NCBI GenBank assembly: GCA_964454165.1
Contig: CAYVQJ010000084.1
Coordinates: 44,077 to 108,076 of the forward strand
Direction: 5' to 3'
Length of the DNA stretch: 64,000 nucleotides
DNA from: an uncultured Myxococcales bacterium
GTDB taxonomy: Bacteria; Myxococcota_A; UBA9160; SZUA-336
The notes beneath the pieces were generated by a model. The model did not search any database, was not told the origin of the DNA, and saw only the letters and a program-made list of their open reading frames with translations. The first letter of the stretch is position 1, and each line of letters starts with the position of its first letter. Below, piece by piece: positions 17,172 to 26,861 of this stretch. A program made the position numbers and the translations under genes.

Positions 17172-19184
17172 TCAGTGCCCGCGGCCGCGCGGCTCCTTGT
17201 CTTCGCGCTGGCGATCGTGCGAGCGGTGCTCCGGCTCGTCGGGCGGCGTGGAGGCTTCTGCAGGCGGCGCGGACTCGGGCCGTCTCTCCCTGTGCTCGCG
17301 GGGCTCCGCACGGAACACGCGGTTCGCCGGCTCGCCCGGCAGCTCGCTCTGCGGCTGGCGCTCGCGCGTCCGCGTCTCGCTGCGCTCCCGCGAGGGCCGC
17401 GGCTGCTCTCGCGGCTCAGGAGCGCGTGCCTCGCGCTGCTCGGGTGGGGCGGAGCGCGTGGGCTCTGCCTGGCGCTCGGAGCGACTCCGCTCCCGCTGCG
17501 TCGGCTCGGGCGCTGCCGTGGGTTCCGGCGCGCGACGGCTGGATGCGCGGCGCTCGCGCACATCGTCGAAGCGCGGCGGCGGCGCAGGGGCCGCTCGCTT
17601 CTCCGCGCCGTGCCGGCCGAAGGGCGGACGCTCCGCCGCTTCCTGCCCGCGGGGAGGCGGCTCGCGCGGCACCACGCGCGCAGGGGGATGCTCGCCTGGA
17701 ACGTCCGCACGCGAGCGGCGCGACTTCGTCTCGGCCTCGTTACGCCGATCCAGCTCAGGGACCGCGGCCCGGCGCGGCTCGCGCGTCGCGACGACGGCGC
17801 GTTCGACGTCGCCACGCGGCGGCCGCTTCGCGCGCCGATCGGTCCCGACCAGACTGCGCTGGCTCGGCCGGACGCCGAAGTCGCGCTCGCCGATCGGGCG
17901 CAGCTTCGCGGTATCGAGCTTCGCGAGGCGAGCTTCGTGCACTCGACGCCGGCCGAAGTCGCCGCGATCGACGGCGACGATCGCGCCCTTGTGCGAAGCG
18001 TGCGAGTACTTCGAGATCTCCTTCACGTGGACGATCGTGGTGTGATGGATCACCACGTTGTTGACCACGCGCGGTCCGCCCCAGCCCGCCCAGCGCGCGT
18101 GGTGGCGCCAGTGCGACGGTCCCCACCACGGCACGAGCGGCTCGCCCCAGCCGAGCGCGACCCAGCCGAAGCGATGACCGAAGCCGATCGACAACGTAGG
18201 CGTGCCGTAGAAGGCGACGAGCGCGGGCGCGTAGTACACGCGCCGGACGCGCGGGCCCGGGCACCACGCCCAGAAGCGATCGACGTATACCCAGCGCCCG
18301 TAGTGAAACGGGGCCCAGCCCCAGGGCGCGTCGTCCACCCACGTCCAGCCGTAGTAGGGGTCGTAGATCCAGTCGCCCGCGCTGTAGGGCACCCAGCCGC
18401 CGACCACGCGCGGCACCCACACGGGGCCGTACGACGCAACCACGCGCCAGCTCCCGTAGTGATCGAGATCGTCGACGCCGTACACACCCGCGGGCACGTA
18501 GCGCGAGCTCTGCGCCTCGATCTGCGCGTCGGTGCGCGCGTAGTTCCAGCGGTCCCAGTCGTCGAGGTACGGCGCCGCGTAGGTCTCGAGCACGGGATCG
18601 TCCGTGCTCGAGATCACGACCTGCTCGCTCGGCGCGATCGTCGCCTGTGCGCCGCTCGCCGTGGTCACGTTCGCGAAGCCGCCGCGGCGGCTGGAGAGGC
18701 GCGTCGTGTCGTCGTTTACGTGGAAGCGGTAGTAGCCGGTGCGCTCGATCGTGAAGGCGCCGTGCGGCGTGGCGACCTCGAGCGTCCAGCCCGCGGGCAG
18801 GCTGCGCAGATCGAGCGACGCCGTACCGTTTGCCAGCCGGAGCTGCAGGTAGTCGGGCTCGAGCGTCAGGAGACCCAGCTGCGTGCGCTCGCCGGCTCGC
18901 GCGAAGGCACGCCCGCCGATCTGGATCTCCAGGTTGGAGTCGTCGCCGGCGTAGAGCTCGTCGCCCTCGGCCAGCGGGGTATTGGTGCGCGCTGGAGCCC
19001 AGTCCGCGGCGCCACTGCGCCAGAAAGACACTTCGCCGTCTGCCAGCGACAGGCGCGGGGGCGTGCGCTCGAACCCCAGCGCCTCGTCGTCGTCCGCCCG
19101 AGCCGCGCCGGTCGGCAACAGCCAGAGCAAGAGCGCGACTGCAGCCGCGGAAAGCAAATTTCGGGGTCTCAGGAAGCTCCACAT
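17172..19184 (-). CDS. secreted FecR-domain protein with Trp/Tyr-rich middle domain and long Arg/Glu/Pro-rich low-complexity C-terminal tail
   Basis: Signal peptide MWSFLRPRNLLSAAAVALLLWLLPTGAARA (ATG 19184). FecR-like beta-sandwich region (GEVSFWRSGAADWAPARTNTPLAEGDELYAGDDSNLEIQIGG). W/Y-rich segment (YDPYYGWTWVDDAPWGWAPFHYGRWVYVDRFWAWCPG). The 3' ~240 codons are highly charged low complexity and may partly be run-on. Confidence 0.6.
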   Translation of the reverse strand: MWSFLRPRNLLSAAAVALLLWLLPTGAARADDDEALGFERTPPRLSLADGEVSFWRSGAADWAPARTNTPLAEGDELYAGDDSNLEIQIGGRAFARAGERTQLGLLTLEPDYLQLRLANGTASLDLRSLPAGWTLEVATPHGAFTIERTGYYRFHVNDDTTRLSSRRGGFANVTTASGAQATIAPSEQVVISSTDDPVLETYAAPYLDDWDRWNYARTDAQIEAQSSRYVPAGVYGVDDLDHYGSWRVVASYGPVWVPRVVGGWVPYSAGDWIYDPYYGWTWVDDAPWGWAPFHYGRWVYVDRFWAWCPGPRVRRVYYAPALVAFYGTPTLSIGFGHRFGWVALGWGEPLVPWWGPSHWRHHARWAGWGGPRVVNNVVIHHTTIVHVKEISKYSHASHKGAIVAVDRGDFGRRRVHEARLAKLDTAKLRPIGERDFGVRPSQRSLVGTDRRAKRPPRGDVERAVVATREPRRAAVPELDRRNEAETKSRRSRADVPGEHPPARVVPREPPPRGQEAAERPPFGRHGAEKRAAPAPPPRFDDVRERRASSRRAPEPTAAPEPTQRERSRSERQAEPTRSAPPEQREARAPEPREQPRPSRERSETRTRERQPQSELPGEPANRVFRAEPREHRERRPESAPPAEASTPPDEPEHRSHDRQREDKEPRGRGH

Positions 19185-19327
19185 CTCGAGAGCTTCGACC
19201 CCGACCGCCCCTGGAACGTTCAGGTACGGCAAGCGGCTGCCCCCCTCCCCGCGCGGGGCTGGGACGGACCAAAGGCGCAAGATCCCGAGCGTCGTACGCC
19301 GGACCACTGTAATGTAGGCTGGCGAAA

Positions 19328-21508
19328 ATGGTGTGGCGGGCCCCAATGCGTGCCCCGATCCCAAGCCGCCGGAGCCTCCCGCGTGCGACGGTCGTGCTCG
19401 CCCTGCTGCTCGCTGCCGGATTCGCCGCGTCGCCCTTCGTGCTTGGCGGCTGCAACAGCCCGGTGCAGGGCGGCAGGCGCAACGTCGAGCTAGGGGCCGA
19501 CCTCAGCTTCGACGGCTTGACCGGCTCGTTCAGCGTGAGCGGCACCGCCGACCTGGTCGTTCCGATCGCCGACGGATTCACCGGGGCGATCATCGCTCCC
19601 GCCGGCTTCAATCCGAACATCGACGCGATCACGCTCAACGGCGTACCCGTGCCGATCACGACGGTGGTCAGCCCCACCTCTCGAGCGCTGCTCACCAACG
19701 AGGCTCAGGCCCAGGGTGTGTATGGACCAGGCGAGTCGCTGGTCTTCTTTACCACCACGACCCCGGTCGTGATCCAGGACGGCGACCGAATCGAGGTCGC
19801 GGCGACGGTGGTCACGACCGCGGGGCCGGCCCAGTCGCCGCAGGTCGGCTTCATCGCGACGAACAACGCCGACCTGGCCGACGGCGCGCCGCTCGTCAAC
19901 GCGCAGGTCGCCGACATCCTCGGGGCCTTCCAACCCGGCGGCGATCCCTCTCGGCTGCCGCCCGGCGCTGCGGCCTGGGAGGCGGTGAACCCCGAGATCG
20001 CGCATTCCGATGGCATCCGCGCGCTTCCGGGTGCACCGAACCCGCAAGGCTGGCCCGTGCTGCACCCGCTGCAGCTCTCCGCGCTCGGTCTCTCCTTTGC
20101 CGCACCCAACGTGTGCTTCGCGATTGCCGGCCACGGCTACTGCACGGGGTGCAGCCCGCCTCATGCCGACCCCGCTCCGGGCCCGCCCGCGACTGTTTCG
20201 GCGTGCGGGCACCTCGTGGTCAAGTTCCTGCCGAATCTAACGGCGACGCTCGAGGCGCCGCCGCAGACGTTCGTCCTCTCGGGTGGCTCCGTCTCGCTTA
20301 CCGCGACCGTGTCGACGACCGGGCTCCTGGTGCGCCGGCTCGACTTCCGGTCGGACGGGGTCACCTTCACCTCGGCGCCCATCCCGCCCGGGGCCTCCAC
20401 GGCGCTCTACACGCCGCTGTCGGTGTCTCAGACGTCGAATGTCCAGCTGGACGTACTCGCGGTGGACTGGGACGGCCTGACCTATGTCACCCCGCCGCAG
20501 ACGCTCACCGTGGTGGCGCCCCTCGGACAGACCGTCGACGTCCCGCTGTCCGCCGTGATCGCAGGGACGGGGATCAGCGCGACGTCGACGCTAACGGGGG
20601 GACTTCCGCCCTTCGTCGCTGAGCTTCGCTTCGACGACCTGCTCGTCGACACGGTTGAAGGCAGCGCCGGCCCGTTCACGCTCGTGTTCGACACGCCGTC
20701 TGCGAGCCCGCTCACGACCGGAACGCTGAGCGTGCAGACCATCGACTCGGCGGGTCAAGTGGTTTCGCAGAGCTCGTCGGTGACGATCGTACCGCCGATC
20801 GGAGCCGCCCTGAATCTCTCGGCCAGCGCCGTGCCCGCCGGGAGCTCGGTGAGTGCCACGGTCACGGTTCTCGGCGGCCTGCCACCGATCACCGCTCAGG
20901 CGCTCGTCGATGGCAGCCTCTCCGGCACACCCCAGACCGGGGCGTCGCCGTTCGTCTTCGTGATCCCGACTGTGCCCGGCGCACCGACCAGGGTGTACTC
21001 CGTCGCAGGGACGGCACGCGACGCGATGGTTCTGCCGCAGTCCGTGACGACAACCGCGAGCTCGTTCACCGCCACGGGCCCCGAGACCCGGCCGCAGGTC
21101 GTGCTGGTCGCCCCACCCCCCGAGATCCAGGTGATCGCTGGCCAGGGCCTCACGATGACGGCGAGCGTCCAGCTCGGTTATGGCGGGATCCCGCTGGTCG
21201 TGTTCCGACAAGGAACCCAGATCGTCGGGGCCGACACCGACGGCGCCAACGGCTTCTCGATTATCTACGCGGTGCCACTTCCGCAAGGCGGCGGCGCTAC
21301 GCAGGGGATTCCGGTGAGCCTGACGGCCGAGGCGACCGACTCGATCGGGCAGGTGGGTGTATCGCCGCCGGTCCAGATCTTCGTGGTATCCGCCGCGGTC
21401 TCGATTCCGGTGATCGGCGCGGCGGCCGTTGCGGCGCTCGTGGCGCTCCTCGGGGGCGTGGGAGCGTGGCTGCTCTGGCAGCGGCGGCGGAGCACACCGC
21501 TCGCCTAG
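19328..21508 (+). CDS. lipoprotein with repeated Ig-like/beta-sandwich segments and C-terminal transmembrane anchor
   Basis: Signal peptide with lipobox FVLGGC; Thr/Val/Ser-rich repetitive beta-strand segments; C-terminal VIGAAAVAALVALLGGVGAWLLWQRRRS anchor. Confidence 0.7.
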   Translation: MVWRAPMRAPIPSRRSLPRATVVLALLLAAGFAASPFVLGGCNSPVQGGRRNVELGADLSFDGLTGSFSVSGTADLVVPIADGFTGAIIAPAGFNPNIDAITLNGVPVPITTVVSPTSRALLTNEAQAQGVYGPGESLVFFTTTTPVVIQDGDRIEVAATVVTTAGPAQSPQVGFIATNNADLADGAPLVNAQVADILGAFQPGGDPSRLPPGAAAWEAVNPEIAHSDGIRALPGAPNPQGWPVLHPLQLSALGLSFAAPNVCFAIAGHGYCTGCSPPHADPAPGPPATVSACGHLVVKFLPNLTATLEAPPQTFVLSGGSVSLTATVSTTGLLVRRLDFRSDGVTFTSAPIPPGASTALYTPLSVSQTSNVQLDVLAVDWDGLTYVTPPQTLTVVAPLGQTVDVPLSAVIAGTGISATSTLTGGLPPFVAELRFDDLLVDTVEGSAGPFTLVFDTPSASPLTTGTLSVQTIDSAGQVVSQSSSVTIVPPIGAALNLSASAVPAGSSVSATVTVLGGLPPITAQALVDGSLSGTPQTGASPFVFVIPTVPGAPTRVYSVAGTARDAMVLPQSVTTTASSFTATGPETRPQVVLVAPPPEIQVIAGQGLTMTASVQLGYGGIPLVVFRQGTQIVGADTDGANGFSIIYAVPLPQGGGATQGIPVSLTAEATDSIGQVGVSPPVQIFVVSAAVSIPVIGAAAVAALVALLGGVGAWLLWQRRRSTPLA

Positions 21509-23871
21509 CGCGTCCCGGCGGCCTGCCGCTCGAGACGCTCCACGCCCTGGCGCGCCACCAGGTTGCGCGGCTCCAGTGAAGCCGCGCGCCGGTACGCCGC
21601 GAGCGCAGCGGTCTCCTGCTGGCGCGCGCGAGAGAGGAGCGCGGCGCTCGCTTCCTCCGGTGCAGCCGTCTTCGCCTCCTCGCGCGAGCGCCGTGCGAGC
21701 AGCTCCTGCGCGGCGGCCCGATGCGTCCATGCGGAGTGGTCCGCGGGATTGCCTGCGACCGCCTGCTCCGCGAGGGCGAGCGCGTGCTCCAGCTCGTCGC
21801 GCAGGAAGTACGCGCCCGCGAGGGTGAGGCGGGCGGCCGCGGGGCCTGTCACGCGCTCCTGCTGCCACTCTGCGTCGGCCGCGGCCTGCAGCGCTTCACG
21901 CGCGCGCTCGAAGCTCGACTCGCGCAGCGCGACGAGCCCGAGCGTGAGATGGGCGGGACCGAAGCTCGGGTAGAGCTCGGCGGCGCGGGTGGCGAGCCTG
22001 CGCGCGCGCTCCAGGTCGCCCAGCGCGAGCGCGGCGTTTGCGGCGTCGCGCAGGATGTTCGCGTTCGCCGGATCGAGCGCGAGCGCGCGGTCGTAGGCAT
22101 CGCGTGCCTCGTGGACGGCGGCGTCCGCCGGGGCTAGCGCCGCGAGGGCTTGCGCCGTGCGTGCGAGATTCGACCAGGCGTAGCCGCGCTCCGCGAGCGA
22201 AAGCGCCTGCGCGTGGGCCTCGCGCGCCCGCAAGAGGTGGGAGCGCGCGCCGCCCGCCGCGCCGCTGGCCAGCTGCTCGTGCGCCGCGCCGAGCAGCACC
22301 CAGGCGCTCTCGTGGCGAGGATCGAGCGCCACGGCGTGCTCGAGCCGCTCGACGGCGGCTGCCGGTGCGCCGAGCGCGAGCGCGCGCTCGCCGTCCGCCA
22401 GAAGCACGTTCGCGCGCAGCGGCACCGCCACCCCGGCGGCGAGCGCGACGGCTACGAGTCCCCAGGCGAGCGACTGCAGCGCGCGCAGTGCGAGGGTCGC
22501 GCGCGGCGCGGGCGTCTCCAAGCGCGCTGCGTCGCCGACGCGCGAGAGCAGCGCGACGTAGCTCGTGGCGAGCGTGCCGAGCGCGATCACCGTGAAGCTG
22601 AAGAGCCCCTGTACGACGAAGGCAATCAGCCCCGCTGCCAGCGCAATCGCGAGGGCGGCCTCGGGTCCGGCTCGGACTGCGCGGCGGAGCGTCCGGAGCA
22701 GCGCGAACCCGAGCGCCGCATACGCGGCAAGCCCGACGCTTCCCTGTGTCGCCGCGATCTGCAGCAGCGAAGCGTGCGCGCGCTTGGCGTTGCCGTTCCA
22801 CTCGACCAGCCAGTAGCCCGGCTCGCGATAGCGGTCGAAGCCGACGCCGAACGCGTCGAGCCCCACGCCGAGCACAGGCTGGTCGAGGAACATCGCGAGC
22901 GCGGCTCGCCAGATGTAGATGCGAGGCTCGTCCGAGAGCGACGCGAGCGACGCCAGGCGCTCGCCGGCGAACGGCAACGCCTCGCCGAGCGGAGCGCCGT
23001 GCGGGAGCGCGGCGAGTGCGAGGCCGCCCGCGGCGAGCGGGATCGCCGCCACCAGCGCGCGCGCGGCAGCGCGCTCACCGGCCCAGAGCCAGCCCACGGC
23101 GAGCGATAGGTGTGCGGCCCCGAGCGCGAGCCAGACCGCGCGCGTGAGCGAGAGCGCGCAGAGCAGCGCGCAGAGCACGGCGAGTGCGACGGCCGCGAGC
23201 GCCATGCCCTTCCTGCCCGTGCGCCACGACGCGAGCGCGAGCCAGGCGGCGAGCGGGTACACGGTCGCGAGGTACGCGCCGAGGAAGTTGGGCCGGCCCA
23301 GCGTCCCGATCGGGCGGATCCCGAAGTCCGGGTCCCAGGCAAGCGGGTCGAGGCGGACGACCTGGACGCCTGCGTAGGCGCAGACGACGAGCGCTCCCGC
23401 GAGCGTGGCGGCAACGAGCACGCGGCGGGCGCGCCGGCTCTCCGCACACGAGCGGGTGGCGAAGAAGAGCACAGCGTAGGCGGTCACGCTCTCCAGGCCG
23501 AGCCAGCTCCGATCCGCGCCGACGACCGAGGTCCAGCGACTCTCGCTCCAGATGGTCGACGCGAGCGCCGAGAGCAGCAGACCGAGCACGCCCCAGCACA
23601 GGGGATCGCGGCGCCACTCCGCGTCCAGGCGCGTCGCGGAGAGAGCGCGAGAGAGCCACGCGCACGCGCCGACCCCTGCGATGAGTAGCGCTGCGGTGTG
23701 GAGCAGAACGACCTTCGGGTACTCGAACGGGTCGTGCGTGCGCGTGGAGAGCGCGCTGGCGGAGAGCGCTGCGTGCAGCGCGACGATCCAGAGCAGCGCC
23801 CGCGCGCGGCGCTCAGCCACGCGCGCGTCCCGGGCTCCGGCGTCGTTGGTCCGTGCTGGCAAGCCAGACAC
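21505..23871 (-). CDS. O-antigen ligase (Wzy_C) family membrane protein fused to C-terminal TPR repeats
   Basis: Polytopic N-terminal half with the NAKRAHASLLQIAATQG motif characteristic of O-antigen ligase/Wzy_C; C-terminal ~330 aa Ala/Leu-rich TPR-like repeats. 3' end overlaps the convergent lipoprotein gene by 4 nt. Confidence 0.8.
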   Translation of the reverse strand: MSGLPARTNDAGARDARVAERRARALLWIVALHAALSASALSTRTHDPFEYPKVVLLHTAALLIAGVGACAWLSRALSATRLDAEWRRDPLCWGVLGLLLSALASTIWSESRWTSVVGADRSWLGLESVTAYAVLFFATRSCAESRRARRVLVAATLAGALVVCAYAGVQVVRLDPLAWDPDFGIRPIGTLGRPNFLGAYLATVYPLAAWLALASWRTGRKGMALAAVALAVLCALLCALSLTRAVWLALGAAHLSLAVGWLWAGERAAARALVAAIPLAAGGLALAALPHGAPLGEALPFAGERLASLASLSDEPRIYIWRAALAMFLDQPVLGVGLDAFGVGFDRYREPGYWLVEWNGNAKRAHASLLQIAATQGSVGLAAYAALGFALLRTLRRAVRAGPEAALAIALAAGLIAFVVQGLFSFTVIALGTLATSYVALLSRVGDAARLETPAPRATLALRALQSLAWGLVAVALAAGVAVPLRANVLLADGERALALGAPAAAVERLEHAVALDPRHESAWVLLGAAHEQLASGAAGGARSHLLRAREAHAQALSLAERGYAWSNLARTAQALAALAPADAAVHEARDAYDRALALDPANANILRDAANAALALGDLERARRLATRAAELYPSFGPAHLTLGLVALRESSFERAREALQAAADAEWQQERVTGPAAARLTLAGAYFLRDELEHALALAEQAVAGNPADHSAWTHRAAAQELLARRSREEAKTAAPEEASAALLSRARQQETAALAAYRRAASLEPRNLVARQGVERLERQAAGTR

Positions 23872-24592
23872 ACGCGAGTGTCGCGAGAAGCGCGCTGGTC
23901 CACTGCGCCTCGCTGAGCCCGAGCGCCAGCGGCCGGGCGGTGCGCACGAACTCGATCGCGAAGCGCGCGGCGGCGGCGAGGGCGAGATAGCGCATGAAGA
24001 TCTCGCCGTCCCTCGCGACGCGGGAGCGCGCCCGCCAGAGCGCGCCTGCGATCGCGAGCAGCGCGAGCAGCTCGTAGAGGGCAGCGGGATGCACGCGCAC
24101 TCCGGCCGGATGCGGCCAGCCCGCGACCGCGTTCACGTACGCGACGCCCCACGGGAGCTGCGTCGGGGTCCCCCAGTCGCCGTCGCCCGCGAGGTGGCAG
24201 CCGATCCGCCCGATGGCGAGCCCGACCGCGAGGGCGGGCGCGGCGCTGTCAGCGGCGGAGAGCCAGCGCACGCGGTAGCGGCGGATCGGCCAGCCGGTCG
24301 CGAGCACTCCACCGAGAAGCCCCCCGTACCAGACCAATCCCGACCCGCTCGCGACGAAGCCGACGGGATCGGCCGCGAACGCCTCGGGGTGCTGGAACGC
24401 GAGGTGGATCCGCGCACCGACGAGCCCCCCGACCAGGCCGCATAGCACGATCCACCACGCCAGCTCCGCCGGCACCTGCTTGCGCCGGAAGTCTGCGTGC
24501 ATCACGAGCCCACCGGCGAGGAACGCGAGCGAGAGCATCAGCCCGAAGGACTGGATGGCGACCCCGCGGATCTCGAGCAGTACCGGAAGCAC
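23813..24592 (-). CDS. lgt: prolipoprotein diacylglyceryl transferase
   Basis: WYGGLLGG and GRIGCHLAGDGDWG (Lgt signature G-R-I-G-N-F-I-N-G-E-like). GTG 24592 with AGGAA RBS 11 nt upstream; 3' end overlaps the ligase start region. Confidence 0.8.
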   Translation of the reverse strand: MLPVLLEIRGVAIQSFGLMLSLAFLAGGLVMHADFRRKQVPAELAWWIVLCGLVGGLVGARIHLAFQHPEAFAADPVGFVASGSGLVWYGGLLGGVLATGWPIRRYRVRWLSAADSAAPALAVGLAIGRIGCHLAGDGDWGTPTQLPWGVAYVNAVAGWPHPAGVRVHPAALYELLALLAIAGALWRARSRVARDGEIFMRYLALAAAARFAIEFVRTARPLALGLSEAQWTSALLATLACVWLASTDQRRRSPGRARG

Positions 24593-24684
24593 GCCGAGAG
24601 TGTTCCTCCGCGCGGCGCGCGAGGAAAGTCCGCCCCGACAGGGCGGACGAGTACAATGAGCGCAACGACGAGAGGAGGCCCCCA

Positions 24685-25905
24685 ATGCAAGTTGCGCCGG
24701 TCACCGGGCTCGGGGACGAGATCAACGAGATCCGTCTCCGCACGGCAGAGATTGTCACCAAGGAGATCATCCCCAACGAGAATTCGCTGCGGTACGGCAG
24801 CGGCGACAAGCGCCGCGACCTGTTCCGCGGCATCCAGGCGAAGGTCAAGCAGGCCGGCCTCTGGGCGCCCCACCTTCCCGAGGAATACGGCGGGATGGGG
24901 ATCGGGTTCCTGAAGCACGCCTACATGAACGAGATCACGGCGTGGAGCCCGTTCTCGGGCGCGCTCTTCGGCTGCCAGGCGCCGAACTCCGGCAACCAGA
25001 CGATCCTGGTGAAGTACGGGACGCCCGAGCAGAAGAAGCAGTTCCTCGAGCCGTTGGTGCGCGGCGAGATCGAGTCGTGCTTCTCGATGACGGAGCCCAA
25101 CCAGCCGGGCTCGGACCCGTACGCGATCCAGACGCGCGCGGTTCGCGACGGCAACGACTGGGTGATCAACGGGCACAAGTGGTTCACGTCCAACGCGCGG
25201 CGCGCCGCGTTCGCGATCGTGATGTGCCGCACCGAGGGCGACGACGACAGCGGCTCGCGCGACCGCATGACGCAGATCATCGTGCCGATGGACACCAAGG
25301 GCGTGAACATCGTGCGCAGCGTGCCGGTGTGGGGGCACGAGCAGGGCGACCACTGCGAGATCCTCTACGAGAACGTGCGCGTGCCCGTGGAGAACGCGCT
25401 CGGGCGGCGCGGCAGCGGGCACCAGGCGGCTCAGGATCGCCTCGGCGCCGGTCGCGTGTTCCACTGCATGAGCTCGGTCGGCCAGATGTGGCGCGCGTTC
25501 GACCTGATGGTGCGCCGCTCGATGGACCGCGAGGTGCACGGCGGCAAGCTCGAGACCAAGCAGTTCGTGCAGGGCTTCATCGCCGACTCGTACATGGACA
25601 TCCAGAGCGCGAGGCTCATGACGCTGCACTGCGCGCACCAGATGGAGGCGGGCGTGGACCCGCGCACGATGATCTCGGCGATCAAGATCTTCGTACCGGC
25701 GGCGCTCGAGCGCGTGGCCGATCGCGCGATCCAGGTCTGGGGCGCGGCGGGCGTCTCTTCGGACCTGCCGCTCGAGGGCATGTACCGCGGCGCGCGCACG
25801 CTGCGCATCGCCGACGGCCCCGACGAGGTGCACCGCATCCTGATCGCCAAGAACGTGCTCAAGCGCTTGCACGCCGGTGAGTCGTGGGACTTCGGGGTGA
25901 TGTGA
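24685..25905 (+). CDS. acyl-CoA dehydrogenase
   Basis: 406 aa; ACAD N/M/C-domain pattern (CFSMTEPNQPGSDP, IFVPAALERVADRAIQVWGAAGV). Confidence 0.9.
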   Translation: MQVAPVTGLGDEINEIRLRTAEIVTKEIIPNENSLRYGSGDKRRDLFRGIQAKVKQAGLWAPHLPEEYGGMGIGFLKHAYMNEITAWSPFSGALFGCQAPNSGNQTILVKYGTPEQKKQFLEPLVRGEIESCFSMTEPNQPGSDPYAIQTRAVRDGNDWVINGHKWFTSNARRAAFAIVMCRTEGDDDSGSRDRMTQIIVPMDTKGVNIVRSVPVWGHEQGDHCEILYENVRVPVENALGRRGSGHQAAQDRLGAGRVFHCMSSVGQMWRAFDLMVRRSMDREVHGGKLETKQFVQGFIADSYMDIQSARLMTLHCAHQMEAGVDPRTMISAIKIFVPAALERVADRAIQVWGAAGVSSDLPLEGMYRGARTLRIADGPDEVHRILIAKNVLKRLHAGESWDFGVM

Positions 25906-26429
25906 TGGCCGTGAAGAAATTCCCGATCGAAGCGGGAGCGATCGCGCTGTTCGCGCGCTCGGTCAACGATCCCAACCCGATCTACTACGACGAGGACCAC
26001 GCGAAGAAGACGGAGGTCGGCGGGCTGATCGCCCCGCCCACGTTCACGCAGTCGTCGGCGCAGTTCGATCCCGACTGGATGCTGCGGCCGCGCATCGACC
26101 AGCCCTGGCTCGGGTCGGGCAGGGAGCCGACCGGCCTGGTGCGGCGCGCGCCGGCCGAGTCGAGCGGCGGCGGCGGCGGACGGCCGAGCGGCGCGGCCGC
26201 CGGCGGCCTGCACGCCGAGCAGCACTTCGAGTACCTCCGGCCGCTGCACCCGGGAGATGTTCTTCGGGCCGAGACCAAGCCGGGCAAAAGCTGGGAGAAG
26301 GAGGGGAAGCGCGGCGGCAAGCTGCACTTCTCCGAGACCGTGACCGAGTTCTTCGACCCCCAGGGCCAGCTCGTGGTGCGGGCGCGCGGCGTCGGCGTGC
26401 GCACCGAGCGCGTGATCGAGCAGAAGTAG
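25905..26429 (+). CDS. MaoC-like (hot-dog fold) hydratase, N-terminal-type subunit
   Basis: ATG overlaps the ACAD stop (TGATG); MaoC_dehydrat_N-like pattern; Gly-rich linker. Confidence 0.75.
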   Translation: MAVKKFPIEAGAIALFARSVNDPNPIYYDEDHAKKTEVGGLIAPPTFTQSSAQFDPDWMLRPRIDQPWLGSGREPTGLVRRAPAESSGGGGGRPSGAAAGGLHAEQHFEYLRPLHPGDVLRAETKPGKSWEKEGKRGGKLHFSETVTEFFDPQGQLVVRARGVGVRTERVIEQK

Positions 26430-26438
26430 GAGGCAGTC

Positions 26439-26861
26439 ATGGCGCTCAAGCGAAAAGAGCTAGAGGTGGGCAGCGCGCGCGAAGAGGTCGTGGTCGACAA
26501 CCTCACGCGCACCCAGCTCGTGATGTACGCGGGGACGTCCGGCGACTACAACCCGGTCCACAGCGACGAGGTGTTCGCGACCAAGGTCGCGGGCTATCCG
26601 ACGGTGTTCGCGCACGGGATGCTCACCATGGGCCTGACCGCGCGCATGCTCACCAACTGGGTCGGGGACGGGCGGCTCACGCGCTACGGCGTGCGCTTCG
26701 TCTCGCAGGTCTGGCCGGGCGACACGCTCACGGCGCGCGCGAAGGTCGAGACGCTGCGCGACGAGAACGGCGTCGCGCTCGCCGACCTCGAGGTGGTGAC
26801 GACGAACCAGAACGGCCAGGAGGTCGTGCGCGGCTACGCCACGGCTCGGCTCGATCCATGA
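26439..26861 (+). CDS. MaoC family dehydratase (hot-dog fold)
   Basis: YAGTSGDYNPVHSDEVFA is the MaoC dehydratase signature. Confidence 0.85.
   Translation: MALKRKELEVGSAREEVVVDNLTRTQLVMYAGTSGDYNPVHSDEVFATKVAGYPTVFAHGMLTMGLTARMLTNWVGDGRLTRYGVRFVSQVWPGDTLTARAKVETLRDENGVALADLEVVTTNQNGQEVVRGYATARLDP

Noticed and set aside
21896-23665. Multiple 150-320-aa ORFs in both strands inside the O-antigen ligase gene
   Set aside because: All are alternative-frame products of Ala/Arg-rich GC-rich sequence. The ligase frame alone shows polytopic membrane + TPR architecture.
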